Source: Escherichia phage 55. From it: a DNA stretch of 64,000 nt. Below the pieces are notes generated by a model. That model was not told where the DNA came from and ran no database searches. It saw nothing but the letters and a program-made list of their open reading frames with translations. The stretch is taken from the sequence record OQ599310; one strand, written 5' to 3'. Shown piece by piece: positions 36,377 to 47,800 of the stretch (its first letter is position 1; each line of letters opens with the position of its first letter). The position numbers and the translations under genes are program-made.

Positions 36377-36706
36377 ATGAATAAGCTGAATATTATTAAC
36401 GAACTTCGTAAATGTGCAGAACCTACTCAGGAAGGATGGGATATTTGGTACCACGGGGCTTATTTAGGGACAATTGTAAAGATTAAAGCAGGCCAATATA
36501 TGGTTATTCGTGAAAATAATGACGCGCCATTTGGCCTTCGTAAAAACTACATGGCAGCGATCAGTTCATTTGTTGATGCAGCTTACGAAATCTATAAAGA
36601 AGATTATAAAGAATATCAGCAGTCACAACCGGTTATTCGTTCGATTGGTGTAAATAAACAAGCACAAAAATCTATTTGGCAACGTATTAAGGAATGGTTT
36701 AAATGA
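36377..36706 (+). CDS. hypothetical protein
   Basis: ORF. Confidence 0.45.
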   Translation: MNKLNIINELRKCAEPTQEGWDIWYHGAYLGTIVKIKAGQYMVIRENNDAPFGLRKNYMAAISSFVDAAYEIYKEDYKEYQQSQPVIRSIGVNKQAQKSIWQRIKEWFK

Positions 36707-37164
36707 AATCATTTAAAGAACGTTTAGAGCTATTAGATTTGGCCTTGTCTCGTGAGACTCCTGAAAGTTTAGCAGAAAAATTCCAGTCCTACGGTTATAA
36801 TTATTCTGCTGATGATATAATGAATGAAGTTCCTGAAATCTGTTGGCAAACGTGCTATTGGAATAATGACCAAAAAGTTCAACGTGTTATAGTATGTGCA
36901 GCTAATAGGTTTAAATTGAAGAGCGGTGGAACTCTGGTTATTCCTGGAGTTCGTCATTACTCTAAAGATATGGCTGAAGTACTTGATATAGTTGGTCCTC
37001 AATTAGTCTCGCAACAAGTTTGTGGCGATGACCAAGGCTTTATCGACCAATACTCTAATTACTGGACTCGTGAAGAAGCAATGATTATTGCAACATATGC
37101 TGGACAGGTACGTATTGAACGTGGCGGAAGTGAGAAAGAACTTTATTCAGAGGACCTTTATTAA
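36703..37164 (+). CDS. hypothetical protein
   Basis: ORF with ATGA overlap. Confidence 0.45.
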   Translation: MKSFKERLELLDLALSRETPESLAEKFQSYGYNYSADDIMNEVPEICWQTCYWNNDQKVQRVIVCAANRFKLKSGGTLVIPGVRHYSKDMAEVLDIVGPQLVSQQVCGDDQGFIDQYSNYWTREEAMIIATYAGQVRIERGGSEKELYSEDLY

Positions 37165-37445
37165 TGAATATTAAACAACTCCAGAAAGATGCTATTGAAT
37201 CACGTATCCAAGATATCAAACGTCTTAATCATATGATGGAAGAAAACTATGGTATGTATGCTAATCAGCCTGGTTGGGATGCTTTAGACCATCCTTATTT
37301 GGTTAATTTATGTAAAGGTGATACGTTAGCAATTATTCGTGACGGGTTAAAACCTTTCTTGCGCGACATGTATATTAAAATGAACGAAGAAATTATTAGC
37401 TCGTTGCAGTATCAATTAAGGAAATTAGATGATGAGAATAATTGA
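37164..37445 (+). CDS. hypothetical protein
   Basis: ORF. Confidence 0.4.
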   Translation: MNIKQLQKDAIESRIQDIKRLNHMMEENYGMYANQPGWDALDHPYLVNLCKGDTLAIIRDGLKPFLRDMYIKMNEEIISSLQYQLRKLDDENN

Positions 37446-37656
37446 TTCTAAAGCAGATTATTTTAATTCTGTTAATGATAAGAATAAAGCTTTAATTCGT
37501 CACTTTATTACTGAGATGGGTTATACCGACCCTAAAGATTTGAAAGAACACATTATCGAATGTTCTGTGGCTAAAAAGTTTTCTTTCACAGACAAATGTT
37601 TAAACGAGGTTATAAATCATTATGAACAATCTTGTAGCAAAACACGATTTCAATAA
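37429..37656 (+). CDS. hypothetical protein
   Basis: ORF. Confidence 0.35.
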   Translation: MMRIIDSKADYFNSVNDKNKALIRHFITEMGYTDPKDLKEHIIECSVAKKFSFTDKCLNEVINHYEQSCSKTRFQ

Positions 37657-37730
37657 GGCTTCTGTCCATAAGGACAAGAAGAAATCAGAACTTCAATCTA
37701 AACGCAAACAAAAACATAAGGGTAAAGACT

Positions 37731-38030
37731 ATGTTTACTAAAATCAAAGAAAATCCTGCCACTGAACTTGTTATTCGTTGTGAAGAACTTGCAGAGCTTT
37801 ATCAGGTTAACCGAGAAGTGTGTCGTAGTGTTATCGTAGATATGGCAGACGAAGTATGTTCTCGTATTCCTTTTAGTGTCGATTTCAATCATATGAAGCC
37901 CGGTGAAATCACTATCGTCTTTGGTTCTGACTATACTGAAGAACGGGCTCTTAATGTCCTAGAATATGAAATGTCATTCTTCGACATACAGGACTACATT
38001 GATAGTTATAAGGAACAATATGAGTCATAA
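37731..38030 (+). CDS. hypothetical protein
   Basis: ORF. Confidence 0.4.
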   Translation: MFTKIKENPATELVIRCEELAELYQVNREVCRSVIVDMADEVCSRIPFSVDFNHMKPGEITIVFGSDYTEERALNVLEYEMSFFDIQDYIDSYKEQYES

Positions 38031-38181
38031 TCTTCAGAACGTAGTAGAGGCCGAACGTGAGCGTGAGGCTTTAGTCTATAATGAACTATTAGCTCCGTTC
38101 TTAGCCTTACACTCGTACGAACAGGAAGACTACATTGATTATGTTAAAAGCGTAGAAAAAGCCGTTTACAATCAACACTGA
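38020..38181 (+). CDS. hypothetical small protein
   Basis: AAGGA RBS; overlaps previous ORF end. Confidence 0.3.
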   Translation: MSHNLQNVVEAEREREALVYNELLAPFLALHSYEQEDYIDYVKSVEKAVYNQH

Positions 38182-38227
38182 TAATGGTACTATATCCATA
38201 TCAACTAAGTGGAATGAATAAAACGTT

Positions 38228-38500
38228 ATGAATAAAGACATTGAAATCGTACGCGAAATTATTACTATTGCTTCTATTTTGATTAAATTCTCTAGGGAAG
38301 ATATTGTTGAAGACCGAGCAAGTTTTATCGGTTTCTTGAATGAGATTGGAATTAAAAAAGATGGTCGGCAGCTAAATCAGAATTCTTTTAGAAAACTAAT
38401 TACAAATTTAACTGCCGAAGAAAAGAAAACACTGATTAGTGAATTCAATGAAGGTTTTGAAAATATTTATCGTCATTTAGCGATGTATTCTAACAACTAA
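38228..38500 (+). CDS. asiA: AsiA anti-sigma-70 factor
   Basis: 90 aa; VREIIT.ASILIKFSREDIVE..A.FI.FLNEIG...NQNSFRK match T4 AsiA. Confidence 0.9.
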   Translation: MNKDIEIVREIITIASILIKFSREDIVEDRASFIGFLNEIGIKKDGRQLNQNSFRKLITNLTAEEKKTLISEFNEGFENIYRHLAMYSNN

Positions 38501-39160
38501 TTATTTAGCCCTTCCTAGTATTCGGACCGCTTGGTTGCATATAGCTGCTAAGCGATCTTCCTCAAGTATATTACTCCCCTTATACCAATACATCGTCACA
38601 GTTCCAGCGTAGATGTTATCCAAATTAAAGTATGGACAACTATACATATAAGAAAGTTCGGCAGTCTTAGATTTTGTAGGCAAAAATGCAAATTCTGATT
38701 TAGATGAGAAATGACGGCCACTTAAATGAATTATATATTCATTGGCCGTTTTATCCACTGGGAATCCGCCAAGGGACTTTTCAGAAATTGTGCTAGGTAG
38801 TTTGCCTTCATAAGCTATAAGGTCGACAAAATAATTTAAGTTTTTAGGTCTGAAAGAATACACAGCACTAAAATCTGCACCAGATGAGATATGAACTATT
38901 TGCAGTTGTTCTAGAGCCGCAGATTCAAAACGTAAAGCTCGTTCTTTTTGGATTATTTCAGTATAAGTATCATACTTAGCTCTTACATAATAATCCAGCA
39001 AAATACTTCCTTTGTACCATATTAGTGCCATTAGGAACAAAAGAATAATTACCGCTACTCGGGACATTAAAACCTTTCCAGTAGCGTTATCTTTGAAAAT
39101 ACGATCTAGCAACCCAAATAGAATATCACTAAGCGAAAATGATACTTTTGGTGTTGCCAT
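38501..39160 (-). CDS. t: holin T
   Basis: 219 aa; SDILFG.LDR.FKDNATGKVL.SRVAV, YMYSCPYFNLDNIYAGT.TMYWY match T4 holin. Confidence 0.9.
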   Translation of the reverse strand: MATPKVSFSLSDILFGLLDRIFKDNATGKVLMSRVAVIILLFLMALIWYKGSILLDYYVRAKYDTYTEIIQKERALRFESAALEQLQIVHISSGADFSAVYSFRPKNLNYFVDLIAYEGKLPSTISEKSLGGFPVDKTANEYIIHLSGRHFSSKSEFAFLPTKSKTAELSYMYSCPYFNLDNIYAGTVTMYWYKGSNILEEDRLAAICNQAVRILGRAK

Positions 39161-39169
39161 AATACCTCC

Positions 39170-39721
39170 TTACTTAAAGATATTTATAATCGCTTTGATA
39201 ATAGATTTGTTTTCAAGGTCAGGGAATTTAGGGAATTCGCCGCCAAGATGTTCATGTTTTTCTAAAAGGGCAAAGAATTTTTTGAGCTCTTTAAATTTTC
39301 GTTTTTCTTCTCTATTAGCAACCTCTGCGTCAATAAGAGAACTTAAAACACTGAATAATTTATAGAGTTCATGAATTTTCTTATCACGTTGAACTACGCG
39401 TTTATATGCTTCATCTTCCTTCCACCCGTCGTCGGTCCAAAGGTCAAATTCACCAGGTTCTTCTGTAGTAACATTTTGAAGAGCACCTGGAGTGTCAATA
39501 ACAATTTTTTGCTTATCATATGTCCATACTGTTTTTCCTCGATGGTCTTCAACATATACCCATTCTTGCTCGCGTTCGTCAAATATAACAGCATAGCCTT
39601 CTTTAGGGTCTAAAGGTTTTTTTGGTGTCGAATGAGCCGGAAATCCTACGCCTTTTAATGGTTTATAATTTTCTTCTTTGTAAAATTCTTTAGTGTCAAA
39701 ATAATAGTGATAGAGTTTCAT
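39170..39721 (-). CDS. 38: gp38 tail-fibre assembly chaperone / adhesin
   Basis: 183 aa; M..YHYYFDTKEFYKEENYKP...FFALLEKHEHLGGEFP match T4 gp38. Confidence 0.85.
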   Translation of the reverse strand: MKLYHYYFDTKEFYKEENYKPLKGVGFPAHSTPKKPLDPKEGYAVIFDEREQEWVYVEDHRGKTVWTYDKQKIVIDTPGALQNVTTEEPGEFDLWTDDGWKEDEAYKRVVQRDKKIHELYKLFSVLSSLIDAEVANREEKRKFKELKKFFALLEKHEHLGGEFPKFPDLENKSIIKAIINIFK

Positions 39722-39751
39722 ATTATAAAAAGGGACCGAAGCCCCTTCTCC
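39722..39751 (-). promoter_or_regulatory. hairpin between Shine-Dalgarno and start codon of gene 38 (split ribosome-binding site); may also terminate gene 37 transcripts
   Basis: minus strand reads GGAG-AA-GGGGCUUCGGUCCC-UUUUUAUAAU-AUG. Confidence 0.5.
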
Positions 39752-42700
39752 TTATGCTAAACGAACGATATAGTTAAAAGCAACGTTTTTAACTGTGTTT
39801 TCTGTATTTCCTGTGGCATTTACAGTTATTGTATGTCCATGGGAACCAATTGCAACAGTATGAGAATGAGCACCAATACCTACCGAATGGGTATGAGCAC
39901 CAATACCTACCGTATGAGCATGGTTACCCGTAGAGCTAGTAGTTCCTGACCAACTATGGGTGTGGGCACCGTCATTTGATGTTTTACCGACCTTAGTTGC
40001 TAAAGTCGAACCAGTGATACCTGAGTTAATTTTAGCATATGAGTTTGCACCTATCGTAGTAACCCCGTCTCTAAACAAACCGTCTGCCCATGCAGCAATG
40101 ACCTGTGGACCTGAACGCGCGTGTTGGTGAGCTCCTGCGGAACTAGTATTACCACTCACTGTATGGGTATGGTTACCAGTGGTATTACTGGTCTTAGTAC
40201 CATAATCAAATCTTGAAGTCGTTTTGCTACCGTAATCAAAACTAGAAGTGGTCTTAGTACCCAAATCTGTGCTTGATGCACTTGCACTATGGCTATGTGA
40301 CTTAACACCGTCTGCTTCTGTACTTAATACAGCGCGCCCAGATGGTTTACCCTTGATAGTTTGACCACGCATATCAGGCAGAGCGCCAGAAGGATACACC
40401 GCAGCTAACTTAGGATACAAGCCAGTATCAAATGTTTGGCCTTCCATTATGGCATAACCTTCAGGAGGTGTATCAGTAGGCCAAGGAATCGGAGCACCAA
40501 TTGGATAACTTGAGACAATATCAGTTTTAAGTGATTCAATTGTACTATTTAAGTTGGCAAAATTACCAGAACCACCAGTAATGTTACCGTCTGTACCTAA
40601 ATAAACTGAACCCCCAGCAGAAATGCGCTTAGGAGATATAAAATCACCAGAACGTGTAAATTCCCAGCCTAAATCTTTTATAGTTGCGCCTGTTGAACTT
40701 CCGTCTCCACCTTCATGATAATGAACTCTGAAGTTACCGCCATTTATTAAAGTACCTAAAGAATAACAGCTATTTCCTTGAACATAACGTTGTTTTAAAA
40801 TAGGAACGTAAGTACTTGTATCTGTGCGATTAATATTCATATAGAACGGAGCACGAACGTTTTCATTATTTTGTGAAGCAAAAGACCCTGCACCAGCCGG
40901 GCGAACGGTGTCAGTACATTCAGCATCAATATAAGCTGCTTGTCCTACCTGCATACGGTAATTAGGAGAAATACGACTATGACTAGTAACAACAACAAGT
41001 TTGTTATCATTGTCCACAGTAATCATATTACCGCCAGCGCCATCATCGCCTAACGTGACAGAATGGCGCATTTGTACCATACCATTATTAAGACTAATAC
41101 TTAATGGACGGAGATTGCTTATTCCACCTGATTCTCCAGCATCTTTAGGAGTCGGGATAATATGCAATGCCGCCTCTGAACGACGGAAAATAGCACCATA
41201 TTCAGCATTCCAAATTCTTAACGCATCTGCAGTTCCGCCAAACTTAGCCTGGCCATTTACTGTCATGCCATTATTAACACTCAAAGAAGATTCAGTTGTA
41301 ATAGAACCAGAAGCAACAATACTACCTGAAGTTAATAAACCGCCATTAACTCGGAATTGAATAGGTCCGACAGTAGAACCTACACCAGGAGCAACTCGTT
41401 GAGAATAAAAATGGTAACCTTGTCCATCTGATACTTCAAAAACTGTTTCACGGGAATGATCGCCAGATGCGTTAAAGGCATTACCCCATGCTTTAACAGT
41501 TACATAACTCTTATTCTGGCCTGCTCGAGTGCCGCCTTCCCAAAGGATTTGTTTGGTGCCATCAATCGTGGTAGTTGCTGAAAAAGTCAAACCTGCTGTT
41601 GAGTTATTAGCTGCTAAATATACGCCGTTATATATTGAAAGCTGCTTAACAGATGTAATACCGCCATCAGCATAAAACCTTACATTATTAGCGCCTGTTA
41701 CTAGTTTAAGAACACCGGGGTTAATTTCCATACCTTCTTGGGTATTAATATTCATTTGGCCTTTACCGCGGAAATAGTGCGACATTTTTCCACCAGAGTT
41801 ATAGCCAATATGCGTCCGACCGTCCCCTGCGTTATTCACATCCGCTTGAGTTTGGACTGATAAAAATGCAGCATTAGTACCAGGCATAATCCATGTAGTG
41901 CCTTGGTCTTCTGAACGTCCAAATAACGCTTTACGAGTACTACGGAAACTGTCAGGAGTAATAGAAGCAACAGAATAACCACCGCCAACTAAATCATAAA
42001 CTCCTTGTTTAATATATTTCAGACCTGTTACAGTGTCACCGAGAACAAGATACTTATCGCCCATTACACCGACGTTACCATAATCGCTAGACGGGAAATC
42101 TGTAGTGAATGTACCTAATGCAAGGCTATTACGGCCAGCCATTCGACCATCATTACGAATACCATACTGTTTTGACTGTGGAGTATTACCTGTCCACCAA
42201 GACATTTCATCAGCTTGGCCTAATTGAGCAGTACAAAGCTCATGCCACATAGTGCCACCGGATTTGGCACGAACTCTACGAAGATAGTTTACACCATTCG
42301 TTTCACCGGTGCCTGGGTATACATAGTTAACTAATGAATCCGTATCATATACACCAAAGGCTTTTCCACCGTGAATAACTGTATCAACTGCAATGCGTTT
42401 AGTTACTAACGAATCTGATGCTAAAATACGGTTAGCCTGAAATTCGCCTCCATTTATAGAACGGAAATAGAATTCACTATTAGTAGTGCTTCCTGTTCCT
42501 TGTCTAACCCTAAGGCGTATTTCACCATCAGTTGTAGTTTGAGGACGAGCATATATAACGCCTCGTTCAGTGCCATCGGCATTTTCAAACCATAAATGGG
42601 CATTTGCAGTATCGTTTGTTGCTCTTGTATAAAATGAACCCTGTGTAGATCTGAAAACTTTTGCAGTTACGCCATCAGTAGAACCAATTGGTCCGTTTAC

Positions 42701-42943
42701 AGTCATTCCACCTGTTTGTACATAATCGCCATTTAATCTCAAAAGTCCGTTAATAGTAACGTTGCCGTCAACTTGCCCGCCCTTAGCAAAGCCTAGGCTA
42801 ATAATATTACCGAGGTCATCTTTAGTAAAAAGAGTTCGATCCTTTAAGTTTATCGCTAATTCGCCTTCGGCTAATTGTGCTGCAGTAGGATTAACTCCTG
42901 CCACTTTGCTTCTTTTAAATTGTATCTGTTTTAATGTAGCCAT
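39752..42943 (-). CDS. 37: gp37 long tail fibre distal subunit
   Basis: 1063 aa; C-terminal His-x-His repeat region ([24 protein letters not shown]) typical of the gp37 tip. Confidence 0.9.
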   Translation of the reverse strand: MATLKQIQFKRSKVAGVNPTAAQLAEGELAINLKDRTLFTKDDLGNIISLGFAKGGQVDGNVTINGLLRLNGDYVQTGGMTVNGPIGSTDGVTAKVFRSTQGSFYTRATNDTANAHLWFENADGTERGVIYARPQTTTDGEIRLRVRQGTGSTTNSEFYFRSINGGEFQANRILASDSLVTKRIAVDTVIHGGKAFGVYDTDSLVNYVYPGTGETNGVNYLRRVRAKSGGTMWHELCTAQLGQADEMSWWTGNTPQSKQYGIRNDGRMAGRNSLALGTFTTDFPSSDYGNVGVMGDKYLVLGDTVTGLKYIKQGVYDLVGGGYSVASITPDSFRSTRKALFGRSEDQGTTWIMPGTNAAFLSVQTQADVNNAGDGRTHIGYNSGGKMSHYFRGKGQMNINTQEGMEINPGVLKLVTGANNVRFYADGGITSVKQLSIYNGVYLAANNSTAGLTFSATTTIDGTKQILWEGGTRAGQNKSYVTVKAWGNAFNASGDHSRETVFEVSDGQGYHFYSQRVAPGVGSTVGPIQFRVNGGLLTSGSIVASGSITTESSLSVNNGMTVNGQAKFGGTADALRIWNAEYGAIFRRSEAALHIIPTPKDAGESGGISNLRPLSISLNNGMVQMRHSVTLGDDGAGGNMITVDNDNKLVVVTSHSRISPNYRMQVGQAAYIDAECTDTVRPAGAGSFASQNNENVRAPFYMNINRTDTSTYVPILKQRYVQGNSCYSLGTLINGGNFRVHYHEGGDGSSTGATIKDLGWEFTRSGDFISPKRISAGGSVYLGTDGNITGGSGNFANLNSTIESLKTDIVSSYPIGAPIPWPTDTPPEGYAIMEGQTFDTGLYPKLAAVYPSGALPDMRGQTIKGKPSGRAVLSTEADGVKSHSHSASASSTDLGTKTTSSFDYGSKTTSRFDYGTKTSNTTGNHTHTVSGNTSSAGAHQHARSGPQVIAAWADGLFRDGVTTIGANSYAKINSGITGSTLATKVGKTSNDGAHTHSWSGTTSSTGNHAHTVGIGAHTHSVGIGAHSHTVAIGSHGHTITVNATGNTENTVKNVAFNYIVRLA

Positions 42944-42951
42944 AAGTCCTC

Positions 42952-43617
42952 TTAATAATAGCCGAAATCTTGAACAGAATCTTTAATTACAATCTGGTCG
43001 AAACGAGGAACATGATTAGCCTCAGACGCCGGATTCTGTGAGAAAAAGTTTGGTGCTGTTAAAGTACCAGTCATGGTATCGCCTTTACGCAATACACGGG
43101 AATTTGCGTTATCCGTAACAATATTTATTCGTCCATCAACATAGTCCTTTCTAGTAAGGTCATTCGCTGCTATAGGAGCAGCTGCATCACTTCTTACTTG
43201 ACCTGCCGCAGACACAACACCTTTTGTATTAATATCACCATTACGTGCATTAATTACAACAGTTCGGGCTGCTGAACCTTGCGATGATTTAAAACCAATA
43301 CCATTCCATGAAACAATATCGATATTTGCTACAGCAAAAGTAGCATTATCACCGTTACCTGGATAAATACCGCACGGGTTTGTGTTGTTTACAGCATACG
43401 GGACTTGAACGCCGCCGTTAAATGTTACCTTTGATGCATACGTACCACCATTAGCTTTAGAAACGAAATCGTTATCAGCCGCTTGTGGTTTATTATATTC
43501 TGAATAGAGTTTAAACGTTTTATACAGGACGTCATCACCTGCTGGCATTAAAGGGAAATTACCTTGATGCCATATAACAGCACCGCCAGTTGTACTACCA
43601 GCTTTTAAATCGGCCAT
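42952..43617 (-). CDS. 36: gp36 long tail fibre hinge connector
   Basis: 221 aa, between 35 and 37. Confidence 0.8.
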   Translation of the reverse strand: MADLKAGSTTGGAVIWHQGNFPLMPAGDDVLYKTFKLYSEYNKPQAADNDFVSKANGGTYASKVTFNGGVQVPYAVNNTNPCGIYPGNGDNATFAVANIDIVSWNGIGFKSSQGSAARTVVINARNGDINTKGVVSAAGQVRSDAAAPIAANDLTRKDYVDGRINIVTDNANSRVLRKGDTMTGTLTAPNFFSQNPASEANHVPRFDQIVIKDSVQDFGYY

Positions 43618-43641
43618 AGTTGTCTCCTTATATGTATACCA

Positions 43642-43649
43642 TATTTATA
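43642..43649 (-). promoter_or_regulatory. late promoter TATAAATA upstream of gene 36
   Basis: plus strand TATTTATA equals TATAAATA on minus. Confidence 0.5.
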
Positions 43650-43674
43650 CAAAAATGGGAGACCGAAGTCTCCC
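43650..43674 (-). terminator. terminator hairpin after gene 35
   Basis: GGGAGACTTCGGTCTCCC on minus strand followed by T-run. Confidence 0.55.
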
Positions 43675-43679
43675 TAAAT

Positions 43680-44807
43680 TTATTCTGATGCTTCTTTAAA
43701 TTCTTGTCCAAATACCTTACCAGTATTAGTTGAAGATTGAGTAGGTAATGTCATTATGTCTGGAGCACTTAAAGATTCTGAAACATAATTTACACGAATA
43801 CCATTTATACCAAACTCAGCAGGTTTTGAAACGCTTCCATTGCATGATACTTCAGTGAATATAACGTTTCTTAATCCACCTTGCCCGACTGGAGCTGTAC
43901 GATAACAATAAATCGTGAACCCGTCAGCACCAGCAGGAATTTCTATGTAGTCTTCATATATCTTCCATTCACCTGCAGCCCCATCAAAGTTTGTATCCTT
44001 AAATGAAATAGGTGAAGTAGAAGGAGATTTAAAGAAACGAATAGAAAGTCGTGTCGTCCCTTGTGCTAACAAATCGGCATCAGCCATTAGTTGGAATTTC
44101 ATATAAAGGAAATCTCCAGGCTTCAATTTATACCCAGCGAGAGGTGTAATAACGGACGTTGTAGGCATCCTTTTAATTTCGTTATTAGTACCTCCAATGG
44201 CAGATAAAAATGTGTCTGACGATTCATATGTACGTCTAGGGAAGCCGGTCGCACCAATATCATCGATCGTGTCGTACACAACATCAAGTGGTGTACTATA
44301 GTCGGTTGAAGTTTTCTTATTACTATACTTAATATGTTCTAGCGCTATAGCATTCTTACCAGAAATATAAAATGCAGAATAAGAAATGTCCACTATATTT
44401 AAAACTTGTTGAGCTAATGGAATAGCAGAACTCCCAGCTTTAGTAAACCATGCAAGAACTTCTGGTGGAAAGTTTGTTTTAGCGTTAGTAACAAGAGCAA
44501 ATATAAAATTTGAAGCATATGTGTCCATGAAAGTAACAAATGCACTTGACGTGGCGTCGTTTTCAGTAGAGAAATTATATGACTTAGATTCAACTACTGC
44601 ACCTGTTGTAGGATTTATTACACGAACGTTTAATCCAACGGAAAAAACCTGGGACCCAAGTGGATTATCTTGGAACTTAATATAAGTAGGAGATGTTGAT
44701 AGCGGACAAGAGCCCGCTATGCTTAATTTAAATCGTACTGAATTGCTTTCCGATAAAAATGGCGTTTGGACGTATCCTTGTCCAAACTTAGCCATAAATT
44801 TTTCCAT
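43680..44807 (-). CDS. 35: gp35 long tail fibre hinge
   Basis: 375 aa, between 34 and 36. Confidence 0.8.
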   Translation of the reverse strand: MEKFMAKFGQGYVQTPFLSESNSVRFKLSIAGSCPLSTSPTYIKFQDNPLGSQVFSVGLNVRVINPTTGAVVESKSYNFSTENDATSSAFVTFMDTYASNFIFALVTNAKTNFPPEVLAWFTKAGSSAIPLAQQVLNIVDISYSAFYISGKNAIALEHIKYSNKKTSTDYSTPLDVVYDTIDDIGATGFPRRTYESSDTFLSAIGGTNNEIKRMPTTSVITPLAGYKLKPGDFLYMKFQLMADADLLAQGTTRLSIRFFKSPSTSPISFKDTNFDGAAGEWKIYEDYIEIPAGADGFTIYCYRTAPVGQGGLRNVIFTEVSCNGSVSKPAEFGINGIRVNYVSESLSAPDIMTLPTQSSTNTGKVFGQEFKEASE

Positions 44808-44815
44808 AATACCTC

Positions 44816-47800
44816 TTATTCAATCCACTCAAATTTAACAGATTTATTCACAGGGTCTGGAATAATGCGGACATTACCAATCCTTAAGAAATCCCTTATT
44901 GTCAAGTTTCCGATTGTTGCATTATCAGAAGGTAAAGCACCAATATCAGAAGGTTGAGGAGGGTTTCCACCATCAAATACCTGAACAAAACTTGACCAAG
45001 AATTTTTAGTTTTCTGCCATGTACGAGTCCAACGGGTTGTACGTGCTTCCGGTGTCGTTGGATAAGTAATCCAATCTTGGTAAAGAGAATCAAGCGTATT
45101 ACCAAATTGAGTCAAAGTACCAGGAGATTTAACTTCTTCACCACGTTCTAAATATGGAAGCCCAGTCACTTCATTAGTTTTTTCAACCATTTTAAAATAA
45201 CCCGGGAACTGGTTATAAGTGGCTGAATCGTTAATATCGATTGACCAGAATCCTACATTATCAGATGTTGGCGCACGGGTATATAAATCGGATGTTTTAG
45301 TACCCTGAGAACGAATTCTCGAGTTAACAGTCAAACCGCCAGAATTTATAGTAGCACCATTGGCAATGATTAAGCCTTCACCAATTGTAATCTGACCGGA
45401 TTTGTTATTAATTGATAATGGACGTAATCCATTAAATCCACCAGTCTGATCACCAGATGCAGTAAGCATAAAATATGTGCTGCCGCCATCATTGCGAATA
45501 AAGAATCCGTAATCACCACTAATTACTCTGAAAGCATTTGCAGACTTGCTAATGAATTCACCATTGGCTGTAACTGAACGACCAAATGTTGCAACGCCAT
45601 TCGCATTTAACGTGCCTGAAGCGTTAACATTTATTGGCATCACAGTACCATTGATACTAAACGTTATATTCCCAGCTTTATTACGTTGAGAATAAAAGTG
45701 ATTAGATGTTTCATCGCCGACTTCAAATACAGTAGAACGCGTTGTATCTGAACCACCACCAAATTCATTTCCCCAAACTCTGATAGTCATCGTTTGAGCA
45801 GGATTTGTTCCAGTTTGAGGTCCTTTCTCAAAAATCAGACGAGTTGCCGTTCCAGTATTAGAAATAGTTAATGTACTATTTGCCGAAACTGAACCACCAA
45901 ACGTAGCAGTACTAGATGATACAAGAGGGGCACTCAGATTCGTTTGTTGGGTTAAGGTTAGTGAACCATTAACCGTCTGTGCAATGTCCCTACGAATGAA
46001 CTGAGATGAATCTAGACCATCTAATAAATTACTATCTACGGCTTTAGCTTTCAATGGCAAATAGTTAGCAAGTACACGGTTTAATTCATATGGAGATATA
46101 GCATAGCTATTTTTTTCATATGATTCTAAAGGTTGTGTTGAACCAACTGTATCATTACCAACGAATGTAATAGAACCAGATGAAGTTTTAACGAATCCAC
46201 GAATCGCCGTAGTAGCAGCCCATGTTGGTTCAGACTGGACAATCCATTTTAAATTCTTAGGAGATACAGCAGTATTAGCAGAAGTTCCTGTTACAGTTTC
46301 AGCCCGAGTAGCAACCTTAATTACGCCTTCAGACGTTTCAGTGGACTTAGTCCCTAAAAGCTTTTTAGGAGTAATAAGAACATCATCTAAAGTTCCTGCA
46401 TTAGATTCTGCCTGGGTCGCTACGCGAAGCGTACCACGTTGTGTTTCATTTGCTTTAGAAATATCAAGAGTATAATGGTTCCACAAGGTTCCTTCTTCAA
46501 TAAGTCCGGAATCAGAATTAACACTGGTACGGTCAGAAGAATCAAAATGAGTTTTAATTTTCAGTGGAGTTGAGATACGAGTATCGTCAGTTCCAGTATC
46601 AAATTCAACTTGCGTAGCAAGTTCGGCTATGCCGGATAATCCTTCCGTAGCTTTCCTATCATTTAATGTCTTAGGCGTTACTGCACGTGTATAATCAGTC
46701 CCAGCATTAGTTTCTGCTTGCGTAGCAATTTCAATTAAACCAATACGTCCATCAGTAGAAGTTTTCTTATGTAGTGTTTCAGGAGTTACTACAGCGTGAG
46801 AATAACCTGCTTGTGATTGACCAGCAATTACTTCACTATCAACAGCTAAAATTACTGCACCTTGTTGAGCATAAGTTGCTTTATATTGGTCAAGGGCTTT
46901 AGGAGAAATAGTTAACGTGGTTGTGTCTTTATTATAAACATTAGTGCCTGCAGCTCCACGAGTCGCGGCAGGTGTAGCAGAAGTAGTTGATACATATTTA
47001 ACTATACCAGATAGTGTTTCAGAACCCTGACGTGCCTGTAATTTCTTAGGTGTAATAATCGTTGTGTCATCAAGACCAGCATCTGTTTCAACCTGAGTAG
47101 CAATTTCAGCAAGACCGCGACGAGTTTCAGTTGCTGTACGCTCATTTAGTTTTTTAGGCGTAACAATAGTATCATCTACAAATGTTGCTGTGGAATTCTG
47201 GTTAACTTGTGCTGTTGTAGCAATTTTAGCGATACCACGTCGAGCTTCAGTTGCTGTACGATTTGCCAATGTTTCAGGAGTAATAGCCACTTCTTTAGCT
47301 GGAGTATTCTCTAAATCAACATTTGCTTGCGCTTGAGTAGCAAGAGCAATAACACCTAAACGAGCTCGTGTAGCATCAGTTCCAGCATCAACACGTTCTA
47401 CCGTAGGGACATTCTGTTGCACAACCCAATAACGTGTACCAGCAACGGTGTCTTCGATATACGCTAATTCTAATACAGGAACATATGAAGTAGTGCCATT
47501 GAATTCTAGTTCAGTAACAGAGACCCATTGAGCATCAGGTGGATATTCAGAACGTTTAGGGAACTGAAGCAATGCAACAGTGGAAGCAATTGTATCACCT
47601 TCGGCAGCTTTAATTTTTACTGTTTGGCCTTTACGCATGTAGTTCATTGAAATTTTAACAGTGTCACCACTCAAAATTCCGGTAGGCAGCGTAAGATTAA
47701 TAGTTCCGGTTGTAGCGTTATTTGTGCCAAAGATAAGAACTTCTTCATTTGGACGAATATTTGAATCCGCACGGATAATACGAAGACGCGATTTCTGGTC

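Noticed and set aside
41001-41360. 119-aa plus-strand ORF inside gp37 (and similar ORFs at 42762-42986, 44766-45105, 47661-47928, 48555-48764 inside or flanking gp34-gp37)
   Set aside because: Antisense to long, clearly coding tail fibre genes; no independent support.
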